DNA of 64,000 nucleotides from Methanomassiliicoccaceae archaeon (GTDB lineage Archaea > Thermoplasmatota > Thermoplasmata > Methanomassiliicoccales > Methanomassiliicoccaceae): positions 96,001-160,000 of the forward strand of contig CAVSJV010000003.1 in assembly GCA_963728405.1 (NCBI GenBank), given 5' to 3'. This document shows positions 10,314-21,082 of the stretch, one piece after another. The first letter of the stretch is position 1. Each line of letters begins with the position of its first letter. Made by a program: the position numbers and the translations under genes. Under the pieces are notes generated by a model, which was not told the DNA's origin, did no database searches, and worked only from the letters and a program-made list of their open reading frames with translations.

Positions 10314-10868
10314 GTGATAACAATGGAGAGGTACAACTTGCTGGTGACCTTCCATCCCAACCAAGCAGGGCTCGCGGAGCGGGAGGTCCGGAAACGGGTC
10401 GAGGAAGTCGGAGGTCGGGTAGAGGAGATCGAAAGGTCGAGCGTCGATGGTGTGTTCTGTGTTAAACTAGCGGGAGATGCCAAGGAGGCAGTAAGGTCGA
10501 TCCACTTGGAGTTCCAAGAGACCCCCGAGATGCTCACCCATACCTATCACTGGGTCCCCATCGACACATGGGTGGAGGCCGACGATGAGGTCATGATCGA
10601 TACGGTCAAGGATCTGGCCCAGGGGATCGGCGAGAACGAGAAATGGATGATGCATGTGCATAAACGCCACCATCCAAAACACTCTGAGGAGCTGATGCTG
10701 ACCCTGACCGGTCCGCTAAGGAAAGGGAAGGTGGACCTGAAGCATCCGGAGAAGATCATCGCCGTAGAAGTGCTCGGAGGGCTGGCCGGCATAGCGCTCC
10801 TAGAGAAGGACGAGCTCATCAACGTCAACAAGATGAGACAGGAAATTGGACTGACCCAGATAATCTGA
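10314..10868 (+). CDS. stand-alone THUMP-domain protein
   Basis: C-terminal KVDLKHPEKIIAVEVLG THUMP signature. Confidence 0.75.
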   Translation: MITMERYNLLVTFHPNQAGLAEREVRKRVEEVGGRVEEIERSSVDGVFCVKLAGDAKEAVRSIHLEFQETPEMLTHTYHWVPIDTWVEADDEVMIDTVKDLAQGIGENEKWMMHVHKRHHPKHSEELMLTLTGPLRKGKVDLKHPEKIIAVEVLGGLAGIALLEKDELINVNKMRQEIGLTQII

Positions 10869-10950
10869 TAACATCCGAGCACAAACCTCCAGCATGACCG
10901 AGTTGGCGGAGGTTAGCGTGAGCGTTTGGTCTTTTATTTACCTGGTCGTT

Positions 10951-11193
10951 TCATCCTTCCCTTAGCATCGATTTGATCTCCTCGACACTAGGCACGCCGC
11001 CGGTGGACTTGACCTCGCCATTGATGAACAGTACTGGGACACGCATTATGCCCCGCCGCTTGATCTCCTCGATGTCGGTGATCCTGATGACCTCATTGTC
11101 AAGATCCAGCTCCTGCAAGGCTACCTCCACATTCCTCTCCAGCCGCTTGCATTTGGCGCACCCTATCACTAGGACCTCGATCTTCATGGCCAT
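10951..11193 (-). CDS. small thioredoxin-like redox protein (MTH895-like)
   Basis: KIEVLVIGCAKC...VPVLFINGEVKSTGGVP. Confidence 0.85.
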   Translation of the reverse strand: MAMKIEVLVIGCAKCKRLERNVEVALQELDLDNEVIRITDIEEIKRRGIMRVPVLFINGEVKSTGGVPSVEEIKSMLREG

Positions 11194-11401
11194 CTCCTAC
11201 TTCCTTCGCCGTTGTTATGCCTTTGGGCTGAAATAAAGATTCACGAATCCGACCGTGTTCATCCGCCCATTGGCCATTTTCATACGGCCCCCTGGTGGTG
11301 TGACATGCCAAGGTAGGGGAGTTTTCCTGGGCTTATTCGGACTACCCGGCCCGGTACCGTGATGGGCAAATAGCTCGCCGTGGGTTGTAACATGGATTGC
11401 A

Positions 11402-12566
11402 ATGAACCTCACCGACCTATCCCGGCGGCGGCTCTGTGATCAGGGGGTCTCCTGCCCCCGCTCCAAGACGCCGGGAGAGGCAGTATCCTGGCTAGGAGCG
11501 GTCCAGGCCCAAGACCGGCCTAGCTCATTATGGGCGATCGGCCTGCGGGTTCCGTCCTCGTCGGTAGAGGATGTCGAAAAGGCGGTTGCAGAAAGAGAGA
11601 TCGTCCGTACCTGGCTGATGCGGGGAACGCTCCATTTCGCTGCGGTCGACGACGTCGCGCTGGATGCTCCGCCTCCTAGCCCCTCGCCTGATCGCGGGAA
11701 GCAAACGAAGGGATGAACAGCTCCGGCTGGACGATCGGGTCTACGCTCGCAGCAATGAGCTGTTCACTGATGCGCTTCAGGGCGGAGGGCTGCTCATCCG
11801 CCAGGAGATGATGGACGTTCTGGAGGGAGGCGGCATCTCTCCAGCAGGGCAGCGGGGCTATCACATCCTGTGGCACCTGGCACTGACCGGGCTCATCTGT
11901 TTCGGCCCGATGAGAGGGAAGCAGCCGACCTTTGCTCTTCTCAATGAATGGTTGCCCCCGGGGAAAGAAATGACCCCGGAAGAGGCACTTGAGGAGCTGG
12001 CCAGGAGATACTTCAAGAGCCACGGTCCATCTCAGTTGCGAGATTTCACATGGTGGTCCGGCCTGCCGACCTCGGATGCACGGGCAGGTCTCGATGGGGC
12101 CAAACCCGAGCTCGTCGAGGAGACGCTCGATGGAAAGACATACTGGTCCGGTCCGCCCGGCCCACAGAGCAAAGGAGACAATACGGCCGTCCACATTCTG
12201 CCTGGCTACGATGAGTACATCATCGGTTACCGGGACCGTAGCGCCGTGCTCGATGAACGGCACTCCGGGAAGGTGCTATCGGACAACGGGATTTTCTACC
12301 CTACCATCTTGATCGATGGGCAAGCGCAAGGCACATGGAGGGTCACAAAGAGGAAACACATGCTCACGATCGAAGCGAGACCGTTCACCCCATTAAGCAA
12401 GGCCGAGGTCCGTTCTCTGGAGCGGGCTGCTGCGCGTTACGGCGACTTCATGGGCCTACCTATCGCGATAGATGTCCGGCAGAGATCGGCCAGGGGGCTG
12501 GGCGCTCCAGTTCATCCGCCGTCTCGGTCGAACCTCCCACCATTTAAGTCTTATTGGCTCAGATAG
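11402..12566 (+). CDS. AlkZ/YcaQ-like winged-helix DNA glycosylase (frameshift near 11660)
   Basis: GAVQAQD, RTWLMRGTLH, RYFKSHGP, DFTWWSGL, LPGYDEYIIGYRDRS. Confidence 0.85.
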
Positions 12567-12584
12567 ACGCAGAACGGTGGAAGC

Positions 12585-13493
12585 TTGGGCATGGTCACCA
12601 GGGTGGAGGACGTCAGGAGGGGATGGGGTAGCAGAAAGGTCCTGGCCATCCTTCGCATGTCCCGTCCCACCATACTGCTAGCCGCAGTAATGGCAAATTT
12701 GGCCGGACTGGCGATGGCCTATAACGCCATAGGTGCGCTGGACCTGGGGGCAGCGGCCTTGAGCATGACGGTCCTACTGCTGGCCACCACGATGGGGCAC
12801 TTCCTCAACGAGTATGCCGACGTGGATACCGACTCGCTCACCAGGCGCACCCCGATCTCGGGAGGCAGCGGGGTCCTGCCCTCCGGGGCCGTCTCTCCCT
12901 ACTGGGCCCTGCTGGGAGCGTACTGTTGCGGCCTCGGATCGCTTTTGATCACGATCTCCGGCCTCCTGGTAGGGATCCTGAGCATTAGTTACCTGACCAT
13001 GGTACTGGTCGCGATCGTCCTAGGCTATTGCTATTCCATGCCTCCGCTGCGCCTGGAGAGAAGGGGCTGGGGAGAGCTGGACAATGCGTTCCTGGGGACG
13101 CTGATGTTCTTCAGTGGCTATCTGCCTCAGACGGGGACCCTATCTCTGACCGCGGCCGTCCGGTCCTTGCCCATTTTTCTTGCGATAATGGTCAATCTGA
13201 TCGGGGTCCACTGGTCCGACCGGGTGGCGGACGAGGCGGTAGGAAAGAGGACCTTGGTCGTACGCTTCGGTGAAAGGTCCTTGTTGCTATTTCCGGCACT
13301 GCTGGTGATCGCCTACGCGGCGGTCCTGGTCTTCCATCGTGCGTTCCCGGTCGAACTGCTCGCCGCTTACGCTCTTACCATCCCCGTGGCGGTCTGGGCC
13401 TATTGGGAGTTCAGGCGCACCAGGAGCCCCTATCCGGGGTCCACATTCATGGTCGTGGTGCTGCTCGCGAACCTGGTCGGTTGGTCGCTATGA
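12585..13493 (+). CDS. UbiA-family prenyltransferase (MenA-like)
   Basis: NEYADVDTD, SGGSGVL, YSMPPLRL, DRVADEAVGKRTLVVRFG; many TMs. Confidence 0.85.
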   Translation: MGMVTRVEDVRRGWGSRKVLAILRMSRPTILLAAVMANLAGLAMAYNAIGALDLGAAALSMTVLLLATTMGHFLNEYADVDTDSLTRRTPISGGSGVLPSGAVSPYWALLGAYCCGLGSLLITISGLLVGILSISYLTMVLVAIVLGYCYSMPPLRLERRGWGELDNAFLGTLMFFSGYLPQTGTLSLTAAVRSLPIFLAIMVNLIGVHWSDRVADEAVGKRTLVVRFGERSLLLFPALLVIAYAAVLVFHRAFPVELLAAYALTIPVAVWAYWEFRRTRSPYPGSTFMVVVLLANLVGWSL

Positions 13494-13551
13494 TGGGGCT
13501 GAGCGCCTCGACGTCGAACTGGCGGATCGACCGCCCGCCGATAATGTCCGG

Positions 13552-14245
13552 TCAGCGGTAATATCGCCCATAGATCCTTTCCGGTTCCCAGCCGATCAGG
13601 TACCAGTAATGGCACTTGACGATCACCCAGAGATGACCGAGGACACCATGGCGACGGAAGGCGTCCCAGCTGGTGACCACCTTCTTCGAGGAGATCTTGA
13701 CCACTCCACTTTTTCTCATTTGCTGGGACAGCCTCACGTCCCTCGAATATGGGAACGTCCATCACATCAAGGCACTCTCGGAGCATCCCGGACCGGACGA
13801 ACATGGCCCGATCGCCCCAGATGTGACCGGTAAGATCTAGCCAGATGTCGGAAAGCAGTGCCATGGCCTTCATGCTCACCTGAAGGGTGTCGAACGAAAG
13901 GGAGAAGGCCCCACCCACGATCCTGCGGTCCCCGAGCATTTCCCGAACCTCCTGTTCCCATCCGTCTGGGAGAGCCGTGTCGGAGTGCAGGAAAAGGACC
14001 GCCTCCCCACGCGCTTCCCTCGCTCCCCGGACCAGGGCGTGCCCCCTTCCGACACGATGAGAGGTGACGACCCGTTCGTTGTAACGAGGAGGTAGGTCTA
14101 GGTCCTCCGCCTCCCCGTTCAGGACAATTATAAGCTCCACCCCCCTGCGATCGGCCATCTCGTCCTGGATCCGCTGGATGGGGAGATCGACACGGTGGAC
14201 CGGGACCACCACCGAGATCGTTCCCTGGAATGGACGATCGCCCAT
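13552..14245 (-). CDS. GT2 glycosyltransferase, TIGR04283-like (frameshift near 13740)
   Basis: LFLHSDT, GGAFSLSFD, WGDRAMFVR; C-terminus in ORF 13552..13737 (VVTSWDAFRRHGVLG); linked to arsS. Confidence 0.8.
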
Positions 14246-14915
14246 CTACCGACCCGCCAGGCCAATGTCATTCAGGAACGCCATGGTCCGTGACTTTCGA
14301 AAGAGCGGGTTCCTCTCGCTCCGCACCAACTCCTGAACATCGCTCACCGTGTCCACATCCCGGCCAGGGGCGGAGACGATGAATGTCGAGATGGCTCATT
14401 CTTGCAATTGTGTCAGCAAACGCCCTTGGAGTGCTCCAGGCGATACCTCGGAACGCATCCCGGCAGAAAGAGCCACGACGAAAACCGATGAGATAGTAGC
14501 CTCCGTCAGGAGACGGTCCGATCACGGCATCGCTGCTGTCCAGGGATCCCATGGCCTCCACGATCACCTCCTTCGTTATGTCCGGCACGTCACTGGCCAG
14601 GACCACCACCTTCTCCTCGCCCCGGGAGAAGGCGTCCACGAAGGTGTTCATTAACCTCTCGGGATGATCCTGCCCCCTCTGGGGAAAGTAGTCCCACGAA
14701 AAACCCAGCCACTCCTGCAGGTGAACCAACGAGCCAGGCGGGAAAAAGGAGACCGACCGCCGGATGTTCACATCATCCAAGGTGGACCAGATATCCATGA
14801 TGAAGTTACGGTATAGTTCCACTGCCACCTCATCGCCGAGCAGGCGGCCCAGGCGCACCTTGACCTCGCCCTTCTGGGGGTACTTGAGCAACAGGATGAT
14901 CTGAGATCGGTCCAT
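14246..14915 (-). CDS. DUF2064/TIGR04282-like glycosyltransferase (frameshift near 14365)
   Basis: KYPQKGEVKVRL, QRGQDHPERL, ASDVP, VIGPSPDGGYYLIG, then DVDT in the shifted frame. Confidence 0.85.
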
Positions 14916-14928
14916 TCCTCACCCGTTG

Positions 14929-15881
14929 CTACTCCAGGGCCCCGCCACAGGACGAGCCTTGCCCGGCCGTACAGCCGAAACAATGGTCTCCGGTGACGAT
15001 CCTTCTGCCGACCAGAGCGTCGAGATCGAAGTCCGTGATGTGATGCCTGCCTTCCACTGGCAGGCCAGAGGCCAGATTGAAGTCGCAATCATACAGCATC
15101 CCATCCGGCCCGATGTCGATCTGGGACCGGCACATCAGATGGTCGACGGTCCTTGGATTATAGGACGACCGAAGCAGTTCGTTGTACTTCTCTAGTGCTC
15201 CCTTCTGCTGAAGCCAATCACGGAAACGCCCCACCGGCATGTTGGCGATCGTCAGAAGGTCATTGAAAACGATCCCAAAGTCTGTGCCTAGGATATCGCG
15301 GTATCTGGTCTGCAGGGCCTTCTGCTCCCCGGGAAGGAAATCGGCTTCAGGATTGAAGACCAGGTCCAGGACCAGATCGCGGTCCTTTCCATATCCCAAC
15401 CCATTAAGGCGTTGAAGGACGCGGATGCTCTTGTCGAAGACGCCGTCCCCCCGTACCGAATCCACCTCCGGCCGATAGAAACAGGGAAGGGAGGCCACGA
15501 GCTTGACCCCGGAATCTCGATAGAACGACATCGTCCGTTCCATCTCTTTCTCCTCCAGGACGGTGAGATTGGTCCGGACCTGCACCTGGTGCCCGTCGTC
15601 CTTCAGCGACTGGACCAGCCAGGCCATGTTGGGGTTATACTCCGGCGCACCTCCAGTTATGTCCACCAATCGCGGCCTAATGCCCGCTGCGACGTTCAAT
15701 ATCTCTTCCATCGTCCCCCGGCCCATCATCTCGGCCCTATCTGGGGAAGCTCGGATGTGGCAGTGGGTGCAGGCCTGGTTGCACTTGAACCCTACATTCA
15801 CCTGGACAGTGCTAATTCCGGTCGCTCGTAACGGCTGACCGAGCTGCTCCTCCATCGTTTCATCGAACTTACCTATCCCAT
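14929..15881 (-). CDS. arsS: ArsS-like radical SAM protein (TIGR04167 rSAM/selenodomain family)
   Basis: QVNVGFKCNQACTHCH, DITGGAPE, LMCRSQI, YDCDFN, C-terminal HCFGCTAGQGSSCGGAL; real start probably near 15881. Confidence 0.9.
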
Positions 15882-16020
15882 GACCCCCTGGAATGTCCGC
15901 TCTTCTTTCGGGCACAGGGCGTTGATAAGGATTTCCATCAGGTCGTGCTGGGATGGTTGACCTTGGCCACAAGTTCCAAGGGAGATCGTTCTTCAAGAAA
16001 GTTGAACAATGTCGATAGAC

Positions 16021-16524
16021 CTAGGACGGCTCTGCGATCTGGGCCACGAACGCCTCCACCAGGTCCTGCCAACCCTCTTCCAGTGGTCCCTTCAGGTTCT
16101 CAGGTTGAACGAAGACGTTCATCTCTGCCACCTTTACCATGCCCTTGGCCTTTAATTGTTCATCGATCATTGGAATGGTGTGGCGCAATTTCTCTAACTC
16201 TTCTTCCGATGGCATCTTTCCGGTCCTCTTATCAGGTCTGGCTGCGCTGCACGTGGCGAAGGCCGCATATCTTGCCCCTGATGGTAAGGTCAGCTTCTTC
16301 AGGAAGCGGACCATGCTCCCCGTCGCCTTCCCGAAATGCGTCGGCGAGCCGAAGATGTACAGGTCGGCCGGCGGCAGGTCCTTCGGGCTCACCTCTCTGA
16401 TGTGGTGAATGTTGACCTCGTTGCCCTTGGCCATCATAAGCCTCTTGAACTCTTCTGCCACCCTCGCCCCGTTCCCGTACTTCGAGGCGTGATAAAGTTC
16501 GACCTTCATTCTGACATCAACCAT
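16021..16524 (-). CDS. flavodoxin-like protein
   Basis: YHASKYGNG, IFGSPTHFG, KGPLEEGW. Confidence 0.85.
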   Translation of the reverse strand: MVDVRMKVELYHASKYGNGARVAEEFKRLMMAKGNEVNIHHIREVSPKDLPPADLYIFGSPTHFGKATGSMVRFLKKLTLPSGARYAAFATCSAARPDKRTGKMPSEEELEKLRHTIPMIDEQLKAKGMVKVAEMNVFVQPENLKGPLEEGWQDLVEAFVAQIAEPS

Positions 16525-17344
16525 CGTATGACAATTACGCCGTAAAAATGATTTGTGAACAGATCGGATGACTAAGGAAGCTTGAAAAGAGTGCCCGATC
16601 CAGACGAACTAAAGCCCGTTTTTGAACCAACCGACCAGAATGACTGGGCTCAGGTCCGGACTTGGTAGGATCCCGCCACGGAAACCTTCTGGCCGAGGCC
16701 AAAACCCCTGAATCGAGCGCAACGAACGATGGCCCCCTTACCTTTTCCTGGGAACTCACCAAGATATCCCAAGCACCAAGGGTCTGGCTGAACCGGGCCA
16801 GTTGGGGCACATCCGACGAGTCCTGGCACTAGGTGGTCGGAGTCGAAAAGTAGGTCGGCGAGATCAAAGGTGCTGGACGGGGGTCGTGGGTTCGGTAACG
16901 CCCATTAAGATGGCCGCCTAAGGCAACTACGCCCCCGGTTACTTTTAGAGCGATAACCAGTTTTGGTCCAAAAATGGCATCGAGGTGCTTCTGCCCGATG
17001 CGCCTGATGGTGAATTCTTCGTATTGCGGCCCTAAACCGGCCATTGGGACAAAGGAGTATCATGAATGCCGACCACCCCAACGTCGGCAGAAACCTGACC
17101 TCCCATCGCGACGATTACCAGACCCACCTGGCCGACCCTGTGCCTAGCACCGGTCATGCTCATGGCCAGGCATGCCAGCGACCACAAGAACTAAGGATGA
17201 ACAGAACCAACATTCAGACAAATCACAGGTAGGCAACACTATCTGAGAGAGAACTTAAAAAATGTGACAGACCTTGGTTATGCTGCCATGGAGGCCACGA
17301 GCAGCCTGGCCGCCCTTTGGGGGGGGGGGCGCTCTAAAAAATTT

Positions 17345-17926
17345 TAGGGTTTTGTTCTCATCCCATGGCGTATCCACCAGATGAGTCCTAGAGCCATTGG
17401 TATTCCGATGATGATTAAAACCCAGATCAGAGCGGTGAGCATAGAATACACGAGATAATCAAATGTCCAGGTTGCAAAAGCGACGTTCCAGTTCCCGTCA
17501 AGTAGTATCTTGATGCAGAACGCAATAAAAACTAGTATTGATATTGCATTTCCACCGTTTGTCGTGCGCGAGCGAGGGCCAAAGAAGCGATATCCTTCCT
17601 TTTCCTCATTGGGTAATTTCTTCCACCATTGCTAAACTACTGCGGCTGCTAAAATTACCGGGACTCCGATTAAGAGGACTTCCCAGAAGATCAGATTTAA
17701 TAAGAAAGTCACTAAATTTCCCATTGCCCATAGGCCTAAGGTCGTAGGTACCATACCGGTTGATTGAGCATTACCTATGAACCATAAGAAGACAAGAATT
17801 GCGCCTATCGATGCCAAAACAGCCCCCACTACGAATAAAACAAACACCTTCCGATGTTTTCTCAAGAATTTCTTCCAGCTCTCGGGGCCATTTTCTGAAC
17901 CAACCCCCTTTCTTGTTTTTCTTCAT
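17345..17926 (-). CDS. multi-TM membrane protein interrupted by an in-frame TAG (17632-17634)
   Basis: ORF 17632..17865 continues in frame past TAG as QWWKKLPNEEKEGYRFFG...GIPMALGLIWWIRHGMRTKP to TAA; probable homopolymer slip near the 5' end. Confidence 0.65.
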
Positions 17927-18009
17927 CGCTCAATGGATACAGTGGTGTCGAGGAGATGTCGCACCGGCGGTCGACGCCACCGTGTCTTCGGATTGGGGGA
18001 ACGGTCCGC

Positions 18010-18519
18010 CTAGTACACGAACGGGATCAGCTTCTTGCTGCTCCTTATGTAGTCCTCATACTCGGCCCCGAACCGTCCGATGAGCATCCTCTCCTCCAGC
18101 TTGATCCGGTGCAGGAGGTAGGGCACGATAAGGAGCATGACCAGGAACCCGAGTATGCTGGACAGCATAACCGGAAAGCCCAGGAAGAGCAGGATGGCCC
18201 CGAGGTACGCGGGATGGCGGATCCACCGGTAGATGCCTTTCTTGACCAGGGTGTGGTCGTCCCTGATGCGCAGGCGGCCGGAGAAGTTCTTCTTCAACGT
18301 GGCGATGGCCACGAACCTGATGACCAGGCCCAGCACGATCATTCCCAGGCCTACCGACAAAAGTACCAGGTTGATGCCTGAGAGCGATCCGACCTTAATG
18401 ACCTGGCCGTTACCGGCCGCTATGCCAGTAGGGTCCAATGCGGACACCAATAGGCCAAGCCCAATGATGATGAACAGCCCCACCATGAAGAGGGGGCTCT
18501 CGTAACGCTTTTTCTCCAT
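18010..18519 (-). CDS. isoprenylcysteine carboxyl methyltransferase/PEMT-family protein
   Basis: LVKKGIYRWIRHPAYLG, EERMLIGRFGAEYEDY. Confidence 0.9.
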   Translation of the reverse strand: MEKKRYESPLFMVGLFIIIGLGLLVSALDPTGIAAGNGQVIKVGSLSGINLVLLSVGLGMIVLGLVIRFVAIATLKKNFSGRLRIRDDHTLVKKGIYRWIRHPAYLGAILLFLGFPVMLSSILGFLVMLLIVPYLLHRIKLEERMLIGRFGAEYEDYIRSSKKLIPFVY

Positions 18520-18684
18520 CGCCCGGGAATTTCCGAACGGGCTAATAAGGCTATCCTGCGCTCAAAAACCGGGGGGTCTGGGCGGGCGCTCACCTAACCA
18601 TCCTGGATTCCCAAGAAGTAAGTGTTTCTCGAGCTGCTGTTGTCAACCTTGAGTTCGTTAATGGAAGAGTTGAACCGAGGTATT

Positions 18685-18775
18685 TTACATGCCCCGGATT
18701 GTGCAAGTTCTCGAGCTAGCATCTTTGATTGTCAGCTCAATCAAAGGAAAATTGCACCTAGGCATCAAACCCTTT
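18685..18775. repeat. dispersed direct repeat, copy A
   Basis: 18711-18775 aligns without gaps to 20199-20263 at 50/65 identities (manual count). Confidence 0.75.
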
Positions 18776-18928
18776 CATTATCTTTACTAGCTAGTGGGTC
18801 TGACCGGCCCCATCTTTCGACTAATGGCCAATTTTGAAAACCCTCCCCCCAACGAAAGGCTGACTGGACGATGTCCATCGCAGGGTTATTATCGCAGAAA
18901 TTCTAAAAACAGCAAGTTATAATTACTT

Positions 18929-20059
18929 TTGAACAACCTGCATTCCGAGATGAGCCGTCCAGTCCAGACATCGATCGCCATTCTCTTGGTTGCAAGCCTG
19001 TTGATCACTGGGGGCTTGAGTTGTATTTCTTCCTCTCGGGCAGAGGGATCGAACTCTGAACTGGTTCCCGAACCCTGGGTGCATGAAACCCACGAGTTTA
19101 ACGTGCCCATTGACACCTCCGTTCCTGACAGCGGAGTTTGTAACGAGAAGTGGTCGATCGAAGTACGACATGGGGACGTACTGACCCTCCTGATGGCCAG
19201 GAACATCACTCAGGATGATCAGTCAACGGTCGACTATACTTTCAATATCATGTATACGATCGGGGATACCGAGTACATTGCTCAATTTATGATCATGTAC
19301 GTGACGCTTGTCGTTGACCAGCAGATCATAACCGTGCCATTGACGACCTGTGATGATTTTGCACTGGTTGTTTCTCCGGTGCAATACAACGGCACTGTGC
19401 CTACTTTTGATTGCGCCATCACCTACAAAGATCTTCGATTGTATTCGGATGTATCTAAGAATTCGACCCTCGATCTAACATTGTTCCATCACTTCAGCGC
19501 GGACTGGAACCAAACCGACGTAAAGGTGGAAGCGCTGTTTGATTTCAACAATACAAAACTTTTCGATGAGTCAACTGGTAATGAGCTCGATGCTGGCACA
19601 ACTTTCGCTACCGAGATCCACTACGGAATGATGGTGCATAAAGCCCATGCTTTCGGGACCGAGGGACCAATAATTCCCACAGGGAATACCGATGGGACCT
19701 TGGAGTACAACCTGACGCTTGATAACGGTGCCCCCTTAAGGATGTCGAAATTGAATATGAGCAACGCATTCAACGTGTTCAATGGAACTGGAGCCTACGC
19801 CTCCATGGGTTATTCTTCGATGAATTATGCTGCGCAATCTCATGTCGTACATGGGTTTCCGAATCTGATCTACAAGGACACTCTGTCAATGAAGAGCGAC
19901 CCCGAGATCACCGTGTTCCACGACCGGGTCACCGAGGACCAGATGAACGACAACAACAATCCTAGCGGATTACCCCTGTGGATACCGATAATGGTAATTG
20001 GAGCGATTGCGGCCGTGAGCGTAGCCATCGTAATGGTGAAGAGAAAGAAGAAGGTGTAG
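18929..20059 (+). CDS. secreted surface protein with C-terminal TM anchor
   Basis: Signal peptide, many NxT/S sequons, C-terminal hydrophobic helix plus KRKKKV. Confidence 0.8.
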   Translation: MNNLHSEMSRPVQTSIAILLVASLLITGGLSCISSSRAEGSNSELVPEPWVHETHEFNVPIDTSVPDSGVCNEKWSIEVRHGDVLTLLMARNITQDDQSTVDYTFNIMYTIGDTEYIAQFMIMYVTLVVDQQIITVPLTTCDDFALVVSPVQYNGTVPTFDCAITYKDLRLYSDVSKNSTLDLTLFHHFSADWNQTDVKVEALFDFNNTKLFDESTGNELDAGTTFATEIHYGMMVHKAHAFGTEGPIIPTGNTDGTLEYNLTLDNGAPLRMSKLNMSNAFNVFNGTGAYASMGYSSMNYAAQSHVVHGFPNLIYKDTLSMKSDPEITVFHDRVTEDQMNDNNNPSGLPLWIPIMVIGAIAAVSVAIVMVKRKKKV

Positions 20060-20172
20060 TAGAAAGGCGGAAAGAGGCGCGAAAAGGCCATTTGATAGGG
20101 GTTTGGCGTGTCCTCCCGCATGTCAATTCCGCCTGACCAACGAGAAAGTCAGAGCGTCTGGCTATGGATCGC

Positions 20173-20263
20173 TCACATTCCCAGAATGTTGAGAATGTTC
20201 GAGCCAGCATCTCGCCTTTTTTGCTCAATTCGAGGAAATTTGCACCGAAGCACCAAACCCTTT
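20173..20263. repeat. dispersed direct repeat, copy B
   Basis: Shares TCGAGCyAGCATCT, GCTCAAT, AGGAAAwTTGCACC and CAAACCCTTT with copy A. Confidence 0.75.
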
Positions 20264-20575
20264 GTTTTTTTTATACGATAAGGTGGCCCATTTGGGTTTG
20301 AACCATGGTTGAGCTATAAAGAACACCTTGATGGCCGCGTTCACCACATTTGATATTCAAATCCGGTCGGATTCGGTCGGTTCCAATCCAGATAGTCGCG
20401 TTCGAAGGTCAATAACGGCATTTCGTGCAGTGAGCGATCTGTTGGACAGAAATCCTTCTTTTTTCTTTATCAAGTGGGCTCAGTAGTGATTCAAACAGGA
20501 GAAAGGAGGGGCTGTCCAAGGCGCGGAGGAGGGCCACTTCCCCGGCCGACCCCTGCTGAATTAGATATAACGACC

Positions 20576-20974
20576 TCAGAGTCCCCTAATGATTTCCTTT
20601 AGCGCCGCCACCGCGGTGTCGAACTCCTCGTTGGTCGACGGCTTGACCATCCAAAGATGAGGAATCGTACTGGCAACCTCGACCATGACCGGAGAACCGC
20701 TGAAGACCACAATATTGACGCCATCGAGCAGATCGCCCGCTTGCTCCAGGAACTCCTTGCCACCCACCTTGGGCATGTTCAGGTCGAGGATGATGAGCTG
20801 AGGCTTGGGGGATGAAGCGTACCGGCCTTCTCGTTTCAAGAACGCCAGGGCATCCTCTCCGTTGGTGACCTCATCTACATGAAAAGTGAGCTTGGTCTCG
20901 TTGAGCATCTCCCTGACGACCAGTCTGTCCGCGGCGTTGTCGTCGGCGAGGAGGATTTGAATTGCTTCACCCAT
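20576..20974 (-). CDS. single-domain response regulator (Rcp1-like)
   Basis: ILLADDN, LIILDLNMPKVGG, KP. Confidence 0.9.
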   Translation of the reverse strand: MGEAIQILLADDNAADRLVVREMLNETKLTFHVDEVTNGEDALAFLKREGRYASSPKPQLIILDLNMPKVGGKEFLEQAGDLLDGVNIVVFSGSPVMVEVASTIPHLWMVKPSTNEEFDTAVAALKEIIRGL

Positions 20975-21082
20975 CAGTTATCGTTACATAATAACGAATT
21001 AGAAGATTGAACCTTTGCTTTTACTCTTACGACCCGAATGCGGCTCATTGGTCGGCCATTCGATTGAACTCCGACCATCGAC

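Noticed and set aside
14929-14960. Selenocysteine in ArsS
   Set aside because: The GSSCGG position is a Cys codon; no in-frame TGA.
16540-17290. Possible decayed transposase with an IR-like end (AAAATGTGACAGACCT)
   Set aside because: No DDE motif or partner IR could be identified; too degenerate to call without a search.
17319-17329. Poly-G tract as a phase-variation switch
   Set aside because: Intergenic and downstream of a gene end; homopolymer length is unreliable in this assembly.
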